From: Coriobacteriales bacterium
Lineage (GTDB): Bacteria > Actinomycetota > Coriobacteriia > Coriobacteriales > UMGS124
Direction: 5' to 3'
Assembly (NCBI GenBank): GCA_017515595.1
Contig: JAFWFL010000126.1
Coordinates: 1,121-65,120 of the forward strand
DNA length: 64,000 nucleotides
The translations under genes and the position numbers were made by a program. Numbering within the stretch: position 1 is the stretch's first letter; the number at the start of each line of letters is the position of its first letter. Below are positions 36,871-46,753 of this stretch, piece by piece. The notes below the pieces were generated by a model. That model was given only the letters and a program-made list of their open reading frames with translations. It was not told the origin of the DNA and searched no databases.

Positions 36871-37869
36871 TTACTTGATGAATCTGTCGTATACATCAAA
36901 AGCAAAACGGTAAAGTGACGGATTCATAACAAACAACTGCATACGCAGCTTGTTGGCTTTGCTTATGCGAGGATTGCTTTTAAGCTGGTCAAGCCGGTTT
37001 TTAATATATTCTCGGCAGCTTTGTGCAAGATCGAGGGCGCGCTCTTTTTGATCAAGGGTATTGTATGCAAGACGCGCCATGCGGGAGTATTCCAAGCAAA
37101 CAAAATAGTCGATATCCCGAGGATCCAGACCGTCAATCTGTGACATTGACTGCCGGAACTGCTCGAGCGCAAACTGGCAGTCTTCCAGCTGGGCATAGAG
37201 CACTTGTTTTGAGTGGGTAATAGAGCCCTCGTGCAACACATATGCATAGATAGGTTCCTTTATAACCATAAAGCTTTGTGCTGTTCGCAAATAACTGCCA
37301 ATAGTGGCAAGTTCCTCGTATTTTCTTCCAACGGGGAAAGGTATCTCGAGATACGCTTCGCGCGGAGCCAAGTGCGCCCAAGCACCGGGCATGATTTCTT
37401 CATAGCACATAGCGCTTGCAAGGCCTGATTGCGTCCAAGCTTCTGCCTGCTCAGGAGGTTGCTTCCAGGCAAAACTCTCGTTCTCCTTTACCAAGACCGG
37501 GTTGGATACAACAAGCCTGTTTGGTATATTGTCCATGGCACGTAAAAGAGCGCTTACATAATACGGAGACACAAAGTCATCCCCGTCAACAAAGGTAACA
37601 TATTTACCTTGGGCCTGTTGTACGCCATAATTTCGCGCATCAGACAGCCCGCCGTTTGGTTTATGGAATATGCGCACCGCTTGATGCGATGCATATTCAT
37701 CGAGAAGAACACCTGTCGCATCTGTTGAACCGTCGTCTATGCCAATGATCTCATAGTCAGTAGTGTCTTGTTTGAGCAATGAATCCATACATCGGCGTAC
37801 ATACTTCTCAATATTGTAAAACGCCCCTATCACACTTACGAGCGGTCTGTCTTGGGTATCCAAACTCAA
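36871..37869 (-). CDS. Family 2 glycosyltransferase
   Basis: VSVIGAFYN, IGIDDGSTD and FVDGDD (DxD) are present. TTG starts at 37869 or 37863 (the latter 8 nt after AAAGGGG). Confidence 0.85.
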   Translation of the reverse strand: MSLDTQDRPLVSVIGAFYNIEKYVRRCMDSLLKQDTTDYEIIGIDDGSTDATGVLLDEYASHQAVRIFHKPNGGLSDARNYGVQQAQGKYVTFVDGDDFVSPYYVSALLRAMDNIPNRLVVSNPVLVKENESFAWKQPPEQAEAWTQSGLASAMCYEEIMPGAWAHLAPREAYLEIPFPVGRKYEELATIGSYLRTAQSFMVIKEPIYAYVLHEGSITHSKQVLYAQLEDCQFALEQFRQSMSQIDGLDPRDIDYFVCLEYSRMARLAYNTLDQKERALDLAQSCREYIKNRLDQLKSNPRISKANKLRMQLFVMNPSLYRFAFDVYDRFIK

Positions 37870-37927
37870 CGCCCCTTTCTGTGGTATTACACTCCATAAC
37901 TATGATATCTCAAGAACCGTCTCTGTG

Positions 37928-39919
37928 TCACCCCAGGTATTTCTTGATACAGGACACAAAGCGGGTTCCGTATTTCGCGGCTTTTGCAACACCCACACCC
38001 ATAACATCAAGGAATGCGTCTTCATCAAGCGGCTTTTTTGTTGCCATATCCGCAAGAGATGCATTCGAGAAGACAATGTATGCAGGGACCTGCTCTTCTG
38101 CGGCGATTTGGGTACGCAGCTTGCGAAGCTCCTCATAAAGCTGGGCATCATAAAAGAGCTCGGTAAAGGTGCCGGCTTCTTCCACAGACTTTGGCGTTTG
38201 TTTTGCAGCAGACTTTGCGGAACCCGCAGACTTGTGCCCTGAATGAGGAGCTGCGTTTGCCAAAAGGCCTTTTTTGTCTTGTTTAAAGATTTTCTCGGTT
38301 CGCTTTGCGATCTTAATAATAAACGGTTCTTTGGTTTTGGTAAGCCAGGTAAGACCCTCTGTTGTCATAAACACGGTGGGATACTGACCGCTTGTCACAG
38401 CAAGGTATCCTTTGTCAATAAGAGAATCGAACACATAGCGAATATGCATTGCGGATTCGTCTTTCATGATGCCATATGTAGAAAGCTCGTTAAAATGCCA
38501 GTCACAAATCTTTTGTGCGGTTGACCCGCGCAGGACATCAATAATGCTGCTTTTACCTACCTGCCTTCCCATGCGCTGGATTCTGGCCACGCAGCTTACA
38601 ATTTTCTGAGCGTCTATGGTAACATCGCGCTCTTCAATATCGGTCGAGCAGTTCGAACAATGCTCACATCTGAACGGAGCATCTTTCTCGCCAAAATAGC
38701 GCAGAATTGTTGAGCGCAGACAATCAGTTGTGGTGCAGTAAAACGTCATGCGTTTAAGACGCTCGCAGTCGCGCTCGTACAGACGTTCGACCTCATCAAA
38801 AGGCTTTTGTGCATTGAGGTTATTATCACGGCTGAGATCAATGAGAAACTGGCACGTCTGAACGTCCTTTTTGTTATATATGAGTATGCAATCCGCAGGG
38901 CTTCCATCCCGGCCGGCACGTCCCGCTTCCTGGTAGTAGCCCTCCAAATCTGAAGGCATATTGTAATGGATCACAAAACCCACGTTCGATTTGTCAATCC
39001 CCATGCCAAACGCGTTGGTTGCAACCATAATAGTAGCGCGGTCATAGAGAAAATCCTCTTGATTTTGATGACGCTCTGCCGCGCTTAATCCTGCGTGATA
39101 CCGAGTTGCGGCATAGCCCTTGCGCCGGAGCAAATCGCAAATATCCTCAACCGTGTTGCGGGTCGAACAATAGACAATACCGGTTTGCCCTGACGCTGCT
39201 CCGCCGGGAGCGTCTTTGCGGGCGGCTCGTTGTTTAATGAGCTTGAGCAGGCAGGTCTCTTTTTCCTTTGGTTCAGGACGCTCAACGGCAAACATAAGAT
39301 TGGGGCGGTCAAAACCAGACACAAGTACATGGGGATTTTTGAGCTTTAAAGCCTGAATAATATCATCACGCACAAATGCTGTAGCAGTTGCTGTCAGTGC
39401 AATCATAACGGGACGAGCAGGCAGACTCTCTACAAACGGCGATATGCCCAAATAGCTTGGTCTAAAATCCTGGCCCCACTGAGAAACACAGTGTGCTTCA
39501 TCAACAGCTACCATGTCTACGGTAATTTGGCTTATTAAAGACTGAAAACGTGGTGTCTCGAGACGTTCCGGAGCAACATAGAGCAGCTTGCATAAACCTG
39601 TGAGCGCCAAACCGCAGGCATCATCTATTTCATGCATAGACATATTACTGTTAATGCATGCCGCTTCGATTCCAGCCTCACGCAGAGCTATGACCTGGTC
39701 TTTCATAAGCGAAATCAAGGGAGATACAACAACGGTCAGCCCCTCGCCCATAAGGGCGGGTATCTGGTAAATTATAGATTTACCGGCACCGGTGGGCATA
39801 ACACCCATCACGTCCTGTTTGGAAAGGACGGCTTCTATAAGCTCGAGCTGGCCGGGCCTAAACTCGCTATGACCAAAATGGCGCTTTAACAGAGCTTTTG
39901 CCTCGGCGATATTACTCAT
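37928..39919 (-). CDS. recQ: ATP-dependent DNA helicase RecQ
   Basis: MPTGAGKS, DEAHCVSQWGQDFRP, a zinc-binding Cys cluster (C..C...CEHCSNC) and a C-terminal HRDC (VPAYIVFSNASLADMA). ATG 39919 overlaps the yggU stop as ATGA (the track ORF starts at 39943). Confidence 0.93.
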   Translation of the reverse strand: MSNIAEAKALLKRHFGHSEFRPGQLELIEAVLSKQDVMGVMPTGAGKSIIYQIPALMGEGLTVVVSPLISLMKDQVIALREAGIEAACINSNMSMHEIDDACGLALTGLCKLLYVAPERLETPRFQSLISQITVDMVAVDEAHCVSQWGQDFRPSYLGISPFVESLPARPVMIALTATATAFVRDDIIQALKLKNPHVLVSGFDRPNLMFAVERPEPKEKETCLLKLIKQRAARKDAPGGAASGQTGIVYCSTRNTVEDICDLLRRKGYAATRYHAGLSAAERHQNQEDFLYDRATIMVATNAFGMGIDKSNVGFVIHYNMPSDLEGYYQEAGRAGRDGSPADCILIYNKKDVQTCQFLIDLSRDNNLNAQKPFDEVERLYERDCERLKRMTFYCTTTDCLRSTILRYFGEKDAPFRCEHCSNCSTDIEERDVTIDAQKIVSCVARIQRMGRQVGKSSIIDVLRGSTAQKICDWHFNELSTYGIMKDESAMHIRYVFDSLIDKGYLAVTSGQYPTVFMTTEGLTWLTKTKEPFIIKIAKRTEKIFKQDKKGLLANAAPHSGHKSAGSAKSAAKQTPKSVEEAGTFTELFYDAQLYEELRKLRTQIAAEEQVPAYIVFSNASLADMATKKPLDEDAFLDVMGVGVAKAAKYGTRFVSCIKKYLG

Positions 39920-40218
39920 ACCCGTGGCAACCCTTCGATCCATGACTCAACGGTTTTCTCGTCCAGATCAACTTCTACCATTTTATGCCTGGATGTCTCG
40001 CCGCGCACTACACAGACCTTACCTTTGGCAATACCCAAAGATTTGGCTACTGCTTCGCACACCGCTTTATTAGCCTTGCCTCCCTCAGGAGCAGCAGTTA
40101 CCCGCACGCACACTTCACTACGATCGGCATCATCAACTGCAACACCCAGAACTGCATTGCTCTGTGCTTTTGGCGTAACCCGTATAGGAATGGTAGTTGC
40201 TTGCTCTTTTGCGCTCAT
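39916..40218 (-). CDS. yggU: DUF167 (YggU) family protein
   Basis: 100-aa protein with IRVTPKAQSNAVLG ... VRVTAAPEGGKANKAV ... VRGETSRHK, typical of DUF167. Confidence 0.8.
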   Translation of the reverse strand: MSAKEQATTIPIRVTPKAQSNAVLGVAVDDADRSEVCVRVTAAPEGGKANKAVCEAVAKSLGIAKGKVCVVRGETSRHKMVEVDLDEKTVESWIEGLPRV

Positions 40219-40351
40219 ATGACTTCAACAAACCTAACCTATCTCATCTGCGGAAACCGCAGTATCAGCCAAGCTTCTATAAAAGTATCACTACCATACA
40301 CCAAACCGCAAAGACCCTGTCTGTCAAAAAGATATTCCTTAATAATTCCGG

Positions 40352-40377
40352 CTCATAAAACTCCTGTTTACAGGAGT
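40352..40377 (-). terminator. Rho-independent terminator after the 40410-42365 gene
   Basis: On the minus strand, ACTCCTG-TAAA-CAGGAGT is followed by TTTTAT. Confidence 0.6.
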
Positions 40378-40409
40378 ATTGCATGAAACTTGCAGCCCTG
40401 CATTACGCA

Positions 40410-42365
40410 TTACGGTATGAGATACAGACTGCCGGTATTGTTGAGATCAAGAGGAACGACTTCACCCACCTCTCCGGAACTCATAGCGGGACACGAACTA
40501 AAGTAATAATCGCTGCCCTCATATGTCACCCTGCACAGGTAATGGGTAGTTGCCCACTCTTCTTTAGTCCTGTCGTAATCATCATAGCAATCATGAACGT
40601 CTTCAAAACCGCCGATTCTTTGCGCGATCAGTGACAAAACATAGGGAGATACCGACGAATCCCAGCGTTTTGTTATAAAAAAGGGCTGGTTGGGCATACC
40701 GGCAAGATATACTGTTTTGTCATCATGACACGTATGGTAAGAAAAGCCTGATTTATTGTCCAAGTAATCGCATATCTCCTGCATCTTTTCAAGCGAAGTC
40801 ATTGAGGGTGTAGTATAGTCCTCTATAAGCGTATCAATCCAAGTGGTTAAAGCCGCATCGTAATCCTGCACCTCAAGCGTAAACTCCTGCACTACTACAT
40901 ATCCCTCAAAAGTCAGTTCACGCAATTGCATGGTATATATACCGGGATCACTCAAATTAAGCGCTATAAGATAGCCGCCCTCGACACTTCTGAAGCCGTT
41001 TGCAACAATATTATTTTTATAAGTTATATCGCTGAAGGTATAACCACCAAAACTCACTATGTTCTCGCCGTCTTTGTTAGTAAGCCGTATGGAATCCGGC
41101 TGGGTATTCTCGGTCCTCATATAAACAGGGCGAGAAACACCACTCCACAAGCCCTCATAGGTATTGTCCAAAAAATAAAGCTCGTATGAATAGCATGCAT
41201 CGCCTTGTCGTAGAGTAGTACCGTTCAAAGGGACTGAACTCGCTCTGCCTGATTCTTCGAAATAGCACGTCACACCTGCAATCACATGCGAACCTGTGTA
41301 CATTTTGCCTGACGCTGTATCCAGATAGTACAAATAGCTCCCCCGCCGGAGCCAGCCGGTGTGCATCTGGCCGTCGCCGTTCAAAAAGTACCAGCTGTCA
41401 TTGACTTGTTGCCAGCCGGTTCTCATTTTGCCGTTCGAACCAAAGTAATACCAAAAACCGTCGATCTTTTTCCAGCCGGTTTGCATGCGTCCGCTTGGGT
41501 TAAGATAGTACCGCGCGCTGTTTATTTGGAGCCAGCCCACCTGCATTTTGCCATTTTGGGCGAGATAATACCAGGAGTCATGGTAGAGAAGCCAGCCCTT
41601 TCTCATAGACCCGCTAGGATTGTTGAAGTAATACCACACATCATCGATCTTATGCCAACCCGTAACCATGCGACCACTCTGCGTACAGTAGTACCACTTA
41701 TCATTCCAGCTTATCCAGCCTGTTCTCATTTTGCCGCCGGCTCCGAGGTAATACCAGGTATCATTATACTTGAGCCAGCCTGTACGCATTTTGCCGCTTG
41801 CTTCAAAATAATACCAGGCATCATTAATCAAACGCCACCCGGTTTGCATAGCGCCGCTGGCTGTATCCAAATAATACCAGGCGTCCTTGTACTTTTGCCA
41901 ACCATGCAGAAGGTTACTGTTTTGGTCGTAATAGTACCAAACCCCGTTCTCTTTGTGCCAACCGGTCCATTGAACTTGAGAGTCTGTTTGAGGACTCCGT
42001 GCTTCTTCCTCCCCATAACCATATTCCCGTGTATCATTGACAGCTGATTCATAGAGAGAAAATGAGGAATAATCATGGGAGTCTTCAACATAGTACCAGG
42101 ATTCCTCTGCGTCTGACTCATAAGACCAGTCAAATGTCTCCTGCGGCAAAGCGTCCTCTTCTAAATACAATAACGGCGCAACCTCTTTCTCTTCTGTAAT
42201 CGTCAGATCATGAGGAAAAACTCCCAATGCGCTGTCTTCAGAAATATCTATCACCACAAACCCTGTAGATAAATTCTCTTGTTCCTGAGCAAGCCCCGCA
42301 ACCGGTAGCGCCACAAAAACCAGTATAATCATGAGTAAATACATCACAAAAGACTTAGTAAACAT
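40410..42365 (-). CDS. Secreted protein: signal peptide, 12 central choline-binding repeats, ~270-aa C-terminal domain of unknown function
   Basis: Signal peptide YLLMIILVFVALPVAGLAQ. Repeats GWQKYKDAWYYLDTASGAMQT and similar. ATG follows GGGGAGG. Confidence 0.88.
   Translation of the reverse strand: MFTKSFVMYLLMIILVFVALPVAGLAQEQENLSTGFVVIDISEDSALGVFPHDLTITEEKEVAPLLYLEEDALPQETFDWSYESDAEESWYYVEDSHDYSSFSLYESAVNDTREYGYGEEEARSPQTDSQVQWTGWHKENGVWYYYDQNSNLLHGWQKYKDAWYYLDTASGAMQTGWRLINDAWYYFEASGKMRTGWLKYNDTWYYLGAGGKMRTGWISWNDKWYYCTQSGRMVTGWHKIDDVWYYFNNPSGSMRKGWLLYHDSWYYLAQNGKMQVGWLQINSARYYLNPSGRMQTGWKKIDGFWYYFGSNGKMRTGWQQVNDSWYFLNGDGQMHTGWLRRGSYLYYLDTASGKMYTGSHVIAGVTCYFEESGRASSVPLNGTTLRQGDACYSYELYFLDNTYEGLWSGVSRPVYMRTENTQPDSIRLTNKDGENIVSFGGYTFSDITYKNNIVANGFRSVEGGYLIALNLSDPGIYTMQLRELTFEGYVVVQEFTLEVQDYDAALTTWIDTLIEDYTTPSMTSLEKMQEICDYLDNKSGFSYHTCHDDKTVYLAGMPNQPFFITKRWDSSVSPYVLSLIAQRIGGFEDVHDCYDDYDRTKEEWATTHYLCRVTYEGSDYYFSSCPAMSSGEVGEVVPLDLNNTGSLYLIP
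41244..41969 (-). repeat. Tandem ~60-bp coding repeats (12 choline-binding units)
   Basis: 20-21 aa period read from the translation. Confidence 0.9.
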
Positions 42366-42641
42366 ATAAGCCTCCCCAATTACAAAATCTTAAAATTAGC
42401 TGTTAATGCCTTCATCCTAACACAGCAATAAGATTCATTTGAGGAATAACCCGGTATCACAAGCCTTTTGCAGTCCCAGAAAAGCCACCCATCGAGCGTG
42501 CATTTTCTTACAGAAACGTGACAAAATAATGCATGCAAAAGTGTAGCAATAAGTAATATTTATTAAACTTATCGATTTACACAGATTTACCGTGCGGCTT
42601 TATTCTTGGGATAACCTCCGTAGAGAAAAAATCATAATGTA

Positions 42642-43115
42642 CTAAGATTCGGGAAGTTTTGATACATCAATCCAGGTACAGGGAGTGCATAGTTGTTCGA
42701 GTTCTGCCGGGGTAAGCCGCACTGCACTGGTGGCATTTCCGGCAGCAGGATACACAATATCAAACCGTTTGAGAGACTCGTCGAGAAAAACTTCGCAACC
42801 GTCGTTAATGCCAAACGGACAAACACCACCCACGTCATGGCCAATGAGACGCTGAGCATCTTCTGCTGCAAGCATACGAGGTTTGGTATGGAAATAATCC
42901 TTGAACTTGCGGTTATCAACGCGTGCATCACCGGCAAACAAAATGAGCACTATTCGTCCGTCAACATTAAACGAAAGAGTTTTAGCAATGCGCGCCGGTT
43001 CACAACCAACTGCCAAAGCTGCCAGCTCAACCGTAGCGCTCGACTGCTCAAACTCCATCACGCGATCGAGCATTCCTTTTTGTGTCAAATAAGCTTTTGC
43101 GCGCTCAATAGACAT
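42642..43115 (-). CDS. ybaK: YbaK/EbsC-type aminoacyl-tRNA deacylase domain protein
   Basis: The YbaK fold pattern GHDVGGVCPFGI ... VYPAAGNATSAVRLTPAELE is present. ATG 43115 (MSIERAKAYL) is preferred over TTG 43136. Confidence 0.8.
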   Translation of the reverse strand: MSIERAKAYLTQKGMLDRVMEFEQSSATVELAALAVGCEPARIAKTLSFNVDGRIVLILFAGDARVDNRKFKDYFHTKPRMLAAEDAQRLIGHDVGGVCPFGINDGCEVFLDESLKRFDIVYPAAGNATSAVRLTPAELEQLCTPCTWIDVSKLPES

Positions 43116-43183
43116 AATTGTCTCTTCACCTGCCAACTTTCTGTATTCAACATTTTACCGGATCAGTAGAGTTTCTTCTCGGT

Positions 43184-44560
43184 TTATTTTGCTTCTGTTT
43201 GATTTACAAAAGCGGCGATATCTTCAATAACCTGAGCATCTACCTTCTCGGCGTGAGCATATGCTGCGGCGCCTTCTGATTTTTGACCGGTTGTAAAGAT
43301 ATGGATGAGCCCTGGGTAGAGAACCAGTTGCCAGTTTTCTTTTTCTCCAAAAGCGTCTTTCCAAATCTCAAAATCCTCAACCGTTACCTGGTAATCTTCT
43401 TCTCCCTGAAGAAGCAAACACGGCTTGGTAATCTCCTGAGCAGTCTTGAGCACATCATACTCTGCGAGCCACTTCCAGTATGGTGCATATGCTCCCGCGA
43501 TCATATCATTTTCAGTCAGTGAATCAAGATTTTCCAGTTTATCAAGTTCGGCAAAAAGTGCATCTTTTTCTGCCTGCTGCTCGGAAGTAATTTCGGGCAT
43601 CAGAGAATACAGATAGTCGTATTGTTCGCGCATCAGCTGGTCAAGCGGCCTTGTCGAAGCTGCCATCAAAATGTACCCGCACGCAGAAACGGGTTGGTCT
43701 TGAAGCGCCTGGTCAATGGCCGGAATAGCATTGCCGCCCAGGCTGTGTCCCAGCACAAAAATTCGGGAAGGATCAATCTTATCCTGCGTAGCCAGGAGTT
43801 GTACGGCAGCTACCGCGTCTGCAATACTTTCGTCCACAAGCGTTGCCTGATGATCATCCATTAACTCGACACCATAGACATACGTGCGTTTATCAAAGCG
43901 ATATACCGCGATGCCTTTCTCGGCAAGGCCTTCTGCGATATCTCTGAATGGCTTCGCATTCATCATGGTCTCATCGCGGTCGCTCGGTCCGGAACCTTGT
44001 ATGAGCACAACAGCCGGGAACGGGCCTTCCCCCTTGGGAACAGTCAATGTACCGGGAAGTTCTCCTTGAAGTGACGGTACGGGAAGAGACAGCTCAATAC
44101 TGTCAAACAAGTCTGACTCTGCTGCTTCATCTTTGTCTCCGGTATAAGGGCCGGTCTGTAATCCCGCTACAGCCCCGTTATCCGTAACAACAATCAAGTC
44201 TATTGACATAGCCGAGAAAACACATGGAACATAAAAGACTTTGTACCCCTTAAGCTCGCCTTCATAAGCAGAACCAATCTTCTCGATTGTCCCTAAAGAA
44301 GACAAAGACTCCGCAGTCTTGGCCATTCCGCCCGACAAAGCAATGGCAAGTTTCATTTGGCTTGTCATAAGCCATGCATCTTCCAAAACCTGAGGATTGT
44401 CTCCAAGTAATGTCTCAACCCACTTGGTTGCATCTGCCGGTGTTTCCACTGCCTTACCTGGAGGATTCGCCTCTTCAGAAGCGCATGCACAGGTACAGAA
44501 TCCCATCAGACCTACAGTCATGGCAACCAGTATATTAATGACACGCTTCATGATCTTCAT
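43184..44560 (-). CDS. Secreted alpha/beta hydrolase
   Basis: N-terminal signal (ILVAMTVGLMGFCTCACA), nucleophile elbow GHSLGG and a C-terminal His region (GLIHIF). ATG 9 nt after AAGGGAGG. Confidence 0.8.
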   Translation of the reverse strand: MKIMKRVINILVAMTVGLMGFCTCACASEEANPPGKAVETPADATKWVETLLGDNPQVLEDAWLMTSQMKLAIALSGGMAKTAESLSSLGTIEKIGSAYEGELKGYKVFYVPCVFSAMSIDLIVVTDNGAVAGLQTGPYTGDKDEAAESDLFDSIELSLPVPSLQGELPGTLTVPKGEGPFPAVVLIQGSGPSDRDETMMNAKPFRDIAEGLAEKGIAVYRFDKRTYVYGVELMDDHQATLVDESIADAVAAVQLLATQDKIDPSRIFVLGHSLGGNAIPAIDQALQDQPVSACGYILMAASTRPLDQLMREQYDYLYSLMPEITSEQQAEKDALFAELDKLENLDSLTENDMIAGAYAPYWKWLAEYDVLKTAQEITKPCLLLQGEEDYQVTVEDFEIWKDAFGEKENWQLVLYPGLIHIFTTGQKSEGAAAYAHAEKVDAQVIEDIAAFVNQTEAK

Positions 44561-44575
44561 GCTACGTTACCTCCC

Positions 44576-45406
44576 TTAGTTACCGTCAATCTTGTTCTCT
44601 TTAAAGACTCTCATCATTTCGTTCGTAAGACTTAAGTTATTGGGCTGCAATACAATGTCTTCCCGCTTAACCCACTCGGCATATTTGAGCTCGGTTTTGT
44701 CCATATGAATAGTGCCGCCATCCGCTGCTTCGCAGTAAAACCCAACAAGGATATCCTGTGCCATGCCCCAAGGCTGGGATTTATAGTACCTGATATTTTT
44801 AACATGTACCCCGGTTTCTTCCATAACCTCACGTTCAACAGTCTCTTCGAGCGTTTCGCCAATCTCGGTAAAACCTGCGACAAGGGCATTATGTGCATAA
44901 CCTCTGTTGTACCGGGTAATGAGCAGGCAGTCGTCTTTGATAACTCCCACAATAACAGCAGGGTTAATACGAGGATAAACAGTATTGTTGCAGTTTGGGC
45001 ACTTAAGAACCCGCTCTTCCTTGGCAAAACCAAGCTTATGGCCACACTTGCCGCAGAATCTGTTGTCGGTGTACCACTTCCATAAATGATACGCAGTGAA
45101 AGCCGCAAACAATTCTTTGCCACAAGACACGTCCCGGAGCTCTCTTACCGAGCGGTAAGTATAGCCCTCCTTGTGGTAATCACAGGCATCTGCCAGGAAA
45201 AAGTATTTCCTATCATCAAGGGAGAAAAGATATATTGCCTGATCACTTTGAGCTTCTGCGCCGGTAAGGAACCGTAATTCCCCTTCTTCTGCACTTATAT
45301 ACAGTTTCCCATCATGATCGAACACGAGGAGATTATCTTCATCATTTATCTCGCATGACATAAACCTATTGTCAAGCTTACTTGGGTAAATATCCTGTAT
45401 CATCAT
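44576..45406 (-). CDS. nudC: NAD+ diphosphatase (NADH pyrophosphatase) NudC
   Basis: Zinc ribbon CGKCGHKL...CPNCNNTVYPRINP, Nudix box GFTEIGETLEETVEREVMEETGV and the NudC-type SQPWGM motif. Start at ATG 45406 or 45403 after GGAGG (the track start is GTG 45418). Confidence 0.88.
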   Translation of the reverse strand: MMIQDIYPSKLDNRFMSCEINDEDNLLVFDHDGKLYISAEEGELRFLTGAEAQSDQAIYLFSLDDRKYFFLADACDYHKEGYTYRSVRELRDVSCGKELFAAFTAYHLWKWYTDNRFCGKCGHKLGFAKEERVLKCPNCNNTVYPRINPAVIVGVIKDDCLLITRYNRGYAHNALVAGFTEIGETLEETVEREVMEETGVHVKNIRYYKSQPWGMAQDILVGFYCEAADGGTIHMDKTELKYAEWVKREDIVLQPNNLSLTNEMMRVFKENKIDGN

Positions 45407-45635
45407 CCCTCCTCTCACTTTATCTGCCGGTTAAGTATAGCAGAGTATCCAGCCGAGAAGGAACGCGGAAACCCAAGGTCCTCTCAAACTCTTATGGTTA
45501 CGCTTTTGTGCAGAGAAGTGAAAGATATGGCTAAAGCCCTGCGAACCCAACAAGTCTCTCGGTAAAGACATTTGTTTCATAAAGTATAGCGTACATATCA
45601 GTTACCTGCTATAATACAGATTTGTTATCGATGCT

Positions 45636-46571
45636 ATGCGAAAGGGGTCTGGTAACGTGCTGGAGTATTCCCGCGAGTTTTTGGTACTGGCTTCATGCAT
45701 GAATTTTACTGCCGCAGCCAAACGGTTGAATATGACACAACCGGGGTTAAGCAGACATATTGCTCAGCTTGAGAAAGAACTGGGATTTACACTCGTCACA
45801 AGGTCAACACCGCTTTCTTTAACACCGGCAGGCAAGCGCTATCTCGAACTGATCTCACCGCTTATTGAAGAGTTTGATGATGCAGTAGCGCAATGTAGAG
45901 ATGTAGCCAAAGCAAAAGGAAAACCCATACGTATTCATACCACCCCACTCGACGGTTATGTCACACGTTTTATTATGAGCGGTGTGGCTGCTGTTAAACG
46001 AGAGTATCCAGGTATGGATATCCGTCTTGTGAGGACCGAGCATACCTCTCCACTCAAAGCAGTACTTGATGGTTTGGTTGATGTGTCACCTATTTATTAT
46101 GTGCCTCAAAACCTACCTCAAGATTTTGTATGTGAGCTGTTGTATGAAGAGCCATTCCATATTTGGCTTCATCGAGATAACCCGCTCGCTTATAAAGAAC
46201 CTTTTTACTTTGCAGATCTTGCCGAGACAACCCTTATGAACGCCATTGATCCGCAATATGAAGACTGGAATATTGGCGTAAGAAAAGTATGCGAGCGCTA
46301 TGGGTTTAAGCCAAAATATATCCTCAAAGATATTGATGGATTGACTGACTTTATCTTTAGCCTACAGCCTGATGAACTCATCATGACATCTTCTGCATTC
46401 GCTGCACAGAGCGCCATGAATCAAATTCTTATTGACCGAGTGCCTAATGACGCCGAACCGCATGTATACCCGTCGTATTTGGTATACAGAAAACCCAGAT
46501 CCCAAAGTGTACTCGAGACCTTTTTACAGGGTTGCAGAGTCGCGGTTATTCAGGAATTTGGCCATAAATAG
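45636..46571 (+). CDS. LysR family transcriptional regulator
   Basis: HTH FTAAAKRLNMTQPGLSRHIAQLEKELG plus a substrate-binding domain. GTG 45657 (9 nt after AAAGGGG) is an equally plausible start. Confidence 0.88.
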   Translation: MRKGSGNVLEYSREFLVLASCMNFTAAAKRLNMTQPGLSRHIAQLEKELGFTLVTRSTPLSLTPAGKRYLELISPLIEEFDDAVAQCRDVAKAKGKPIRIHTTPLDGYVTRFIMSGVAAVKREYPGMDIRLVRTEHTSPLKAVLDGLVDVSPIYYVPQNLPQDFVCELLYEEPFHIWLHRDNPLAYKEPFYFADLAETTLMNAIDPQYEDWNIGVRKVCERYGFKPKYILKDIDGLTDFIFSLQPDELIMTSSAFAAQSAMNQILIDRVPNDAEPHVYPSYLVYRKPRSQSVLETFLQGCRVAVIQEFGHK

Positions 46572-46689
46572 TATGGATTACAAGCAGCTATAACAATTCT
46601 GTATAACTCTGCAAACGGAACGACATCAATATATGACGTATTTTTATTTGCGTCACCGCCCATACGGTCTTATGGTTTGTTTTGTCAGA

Positions 46690-46720
46690 ACTTGCACGCA
46701 CATTGCGCTGTGTTGCAAGT
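46690..46720. promoter_or_regulatory. Candidate LysR-type operator upstream of the flavoprotein gene
   Basis: Inverted repeat ACTTGCA (46690-46696) N17 TGCAAGT (46714-46720), 34-64 nt upstream of ATG 46754. Confidence 0.3.
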
Positions 46721-46753
46721 GTTTACATTACCCCCCCTGAGAGGAAAACTGCC

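Noticed and set aside
41361-42047. 228-aa plus-strand ORF with its own periodic sequence (..IPK.VDL.PAG.H..) inside the third choline-binding protein gene
   Set aside because: The periodicity is simply the antisense reading of the 60-bp choline-binding repeats. Similar ghosts occur opposite the repeat arrays at 23864-24064.
43184-44560. Lipoprotein call for the alpha/beta hydrolase (Cys-rich end of the signal peptide, GFCTCACA)
   Set aside because: No canonical L-(A/S)-(G/A)-C lipobox can be aligned, so the protein is called secreted only.
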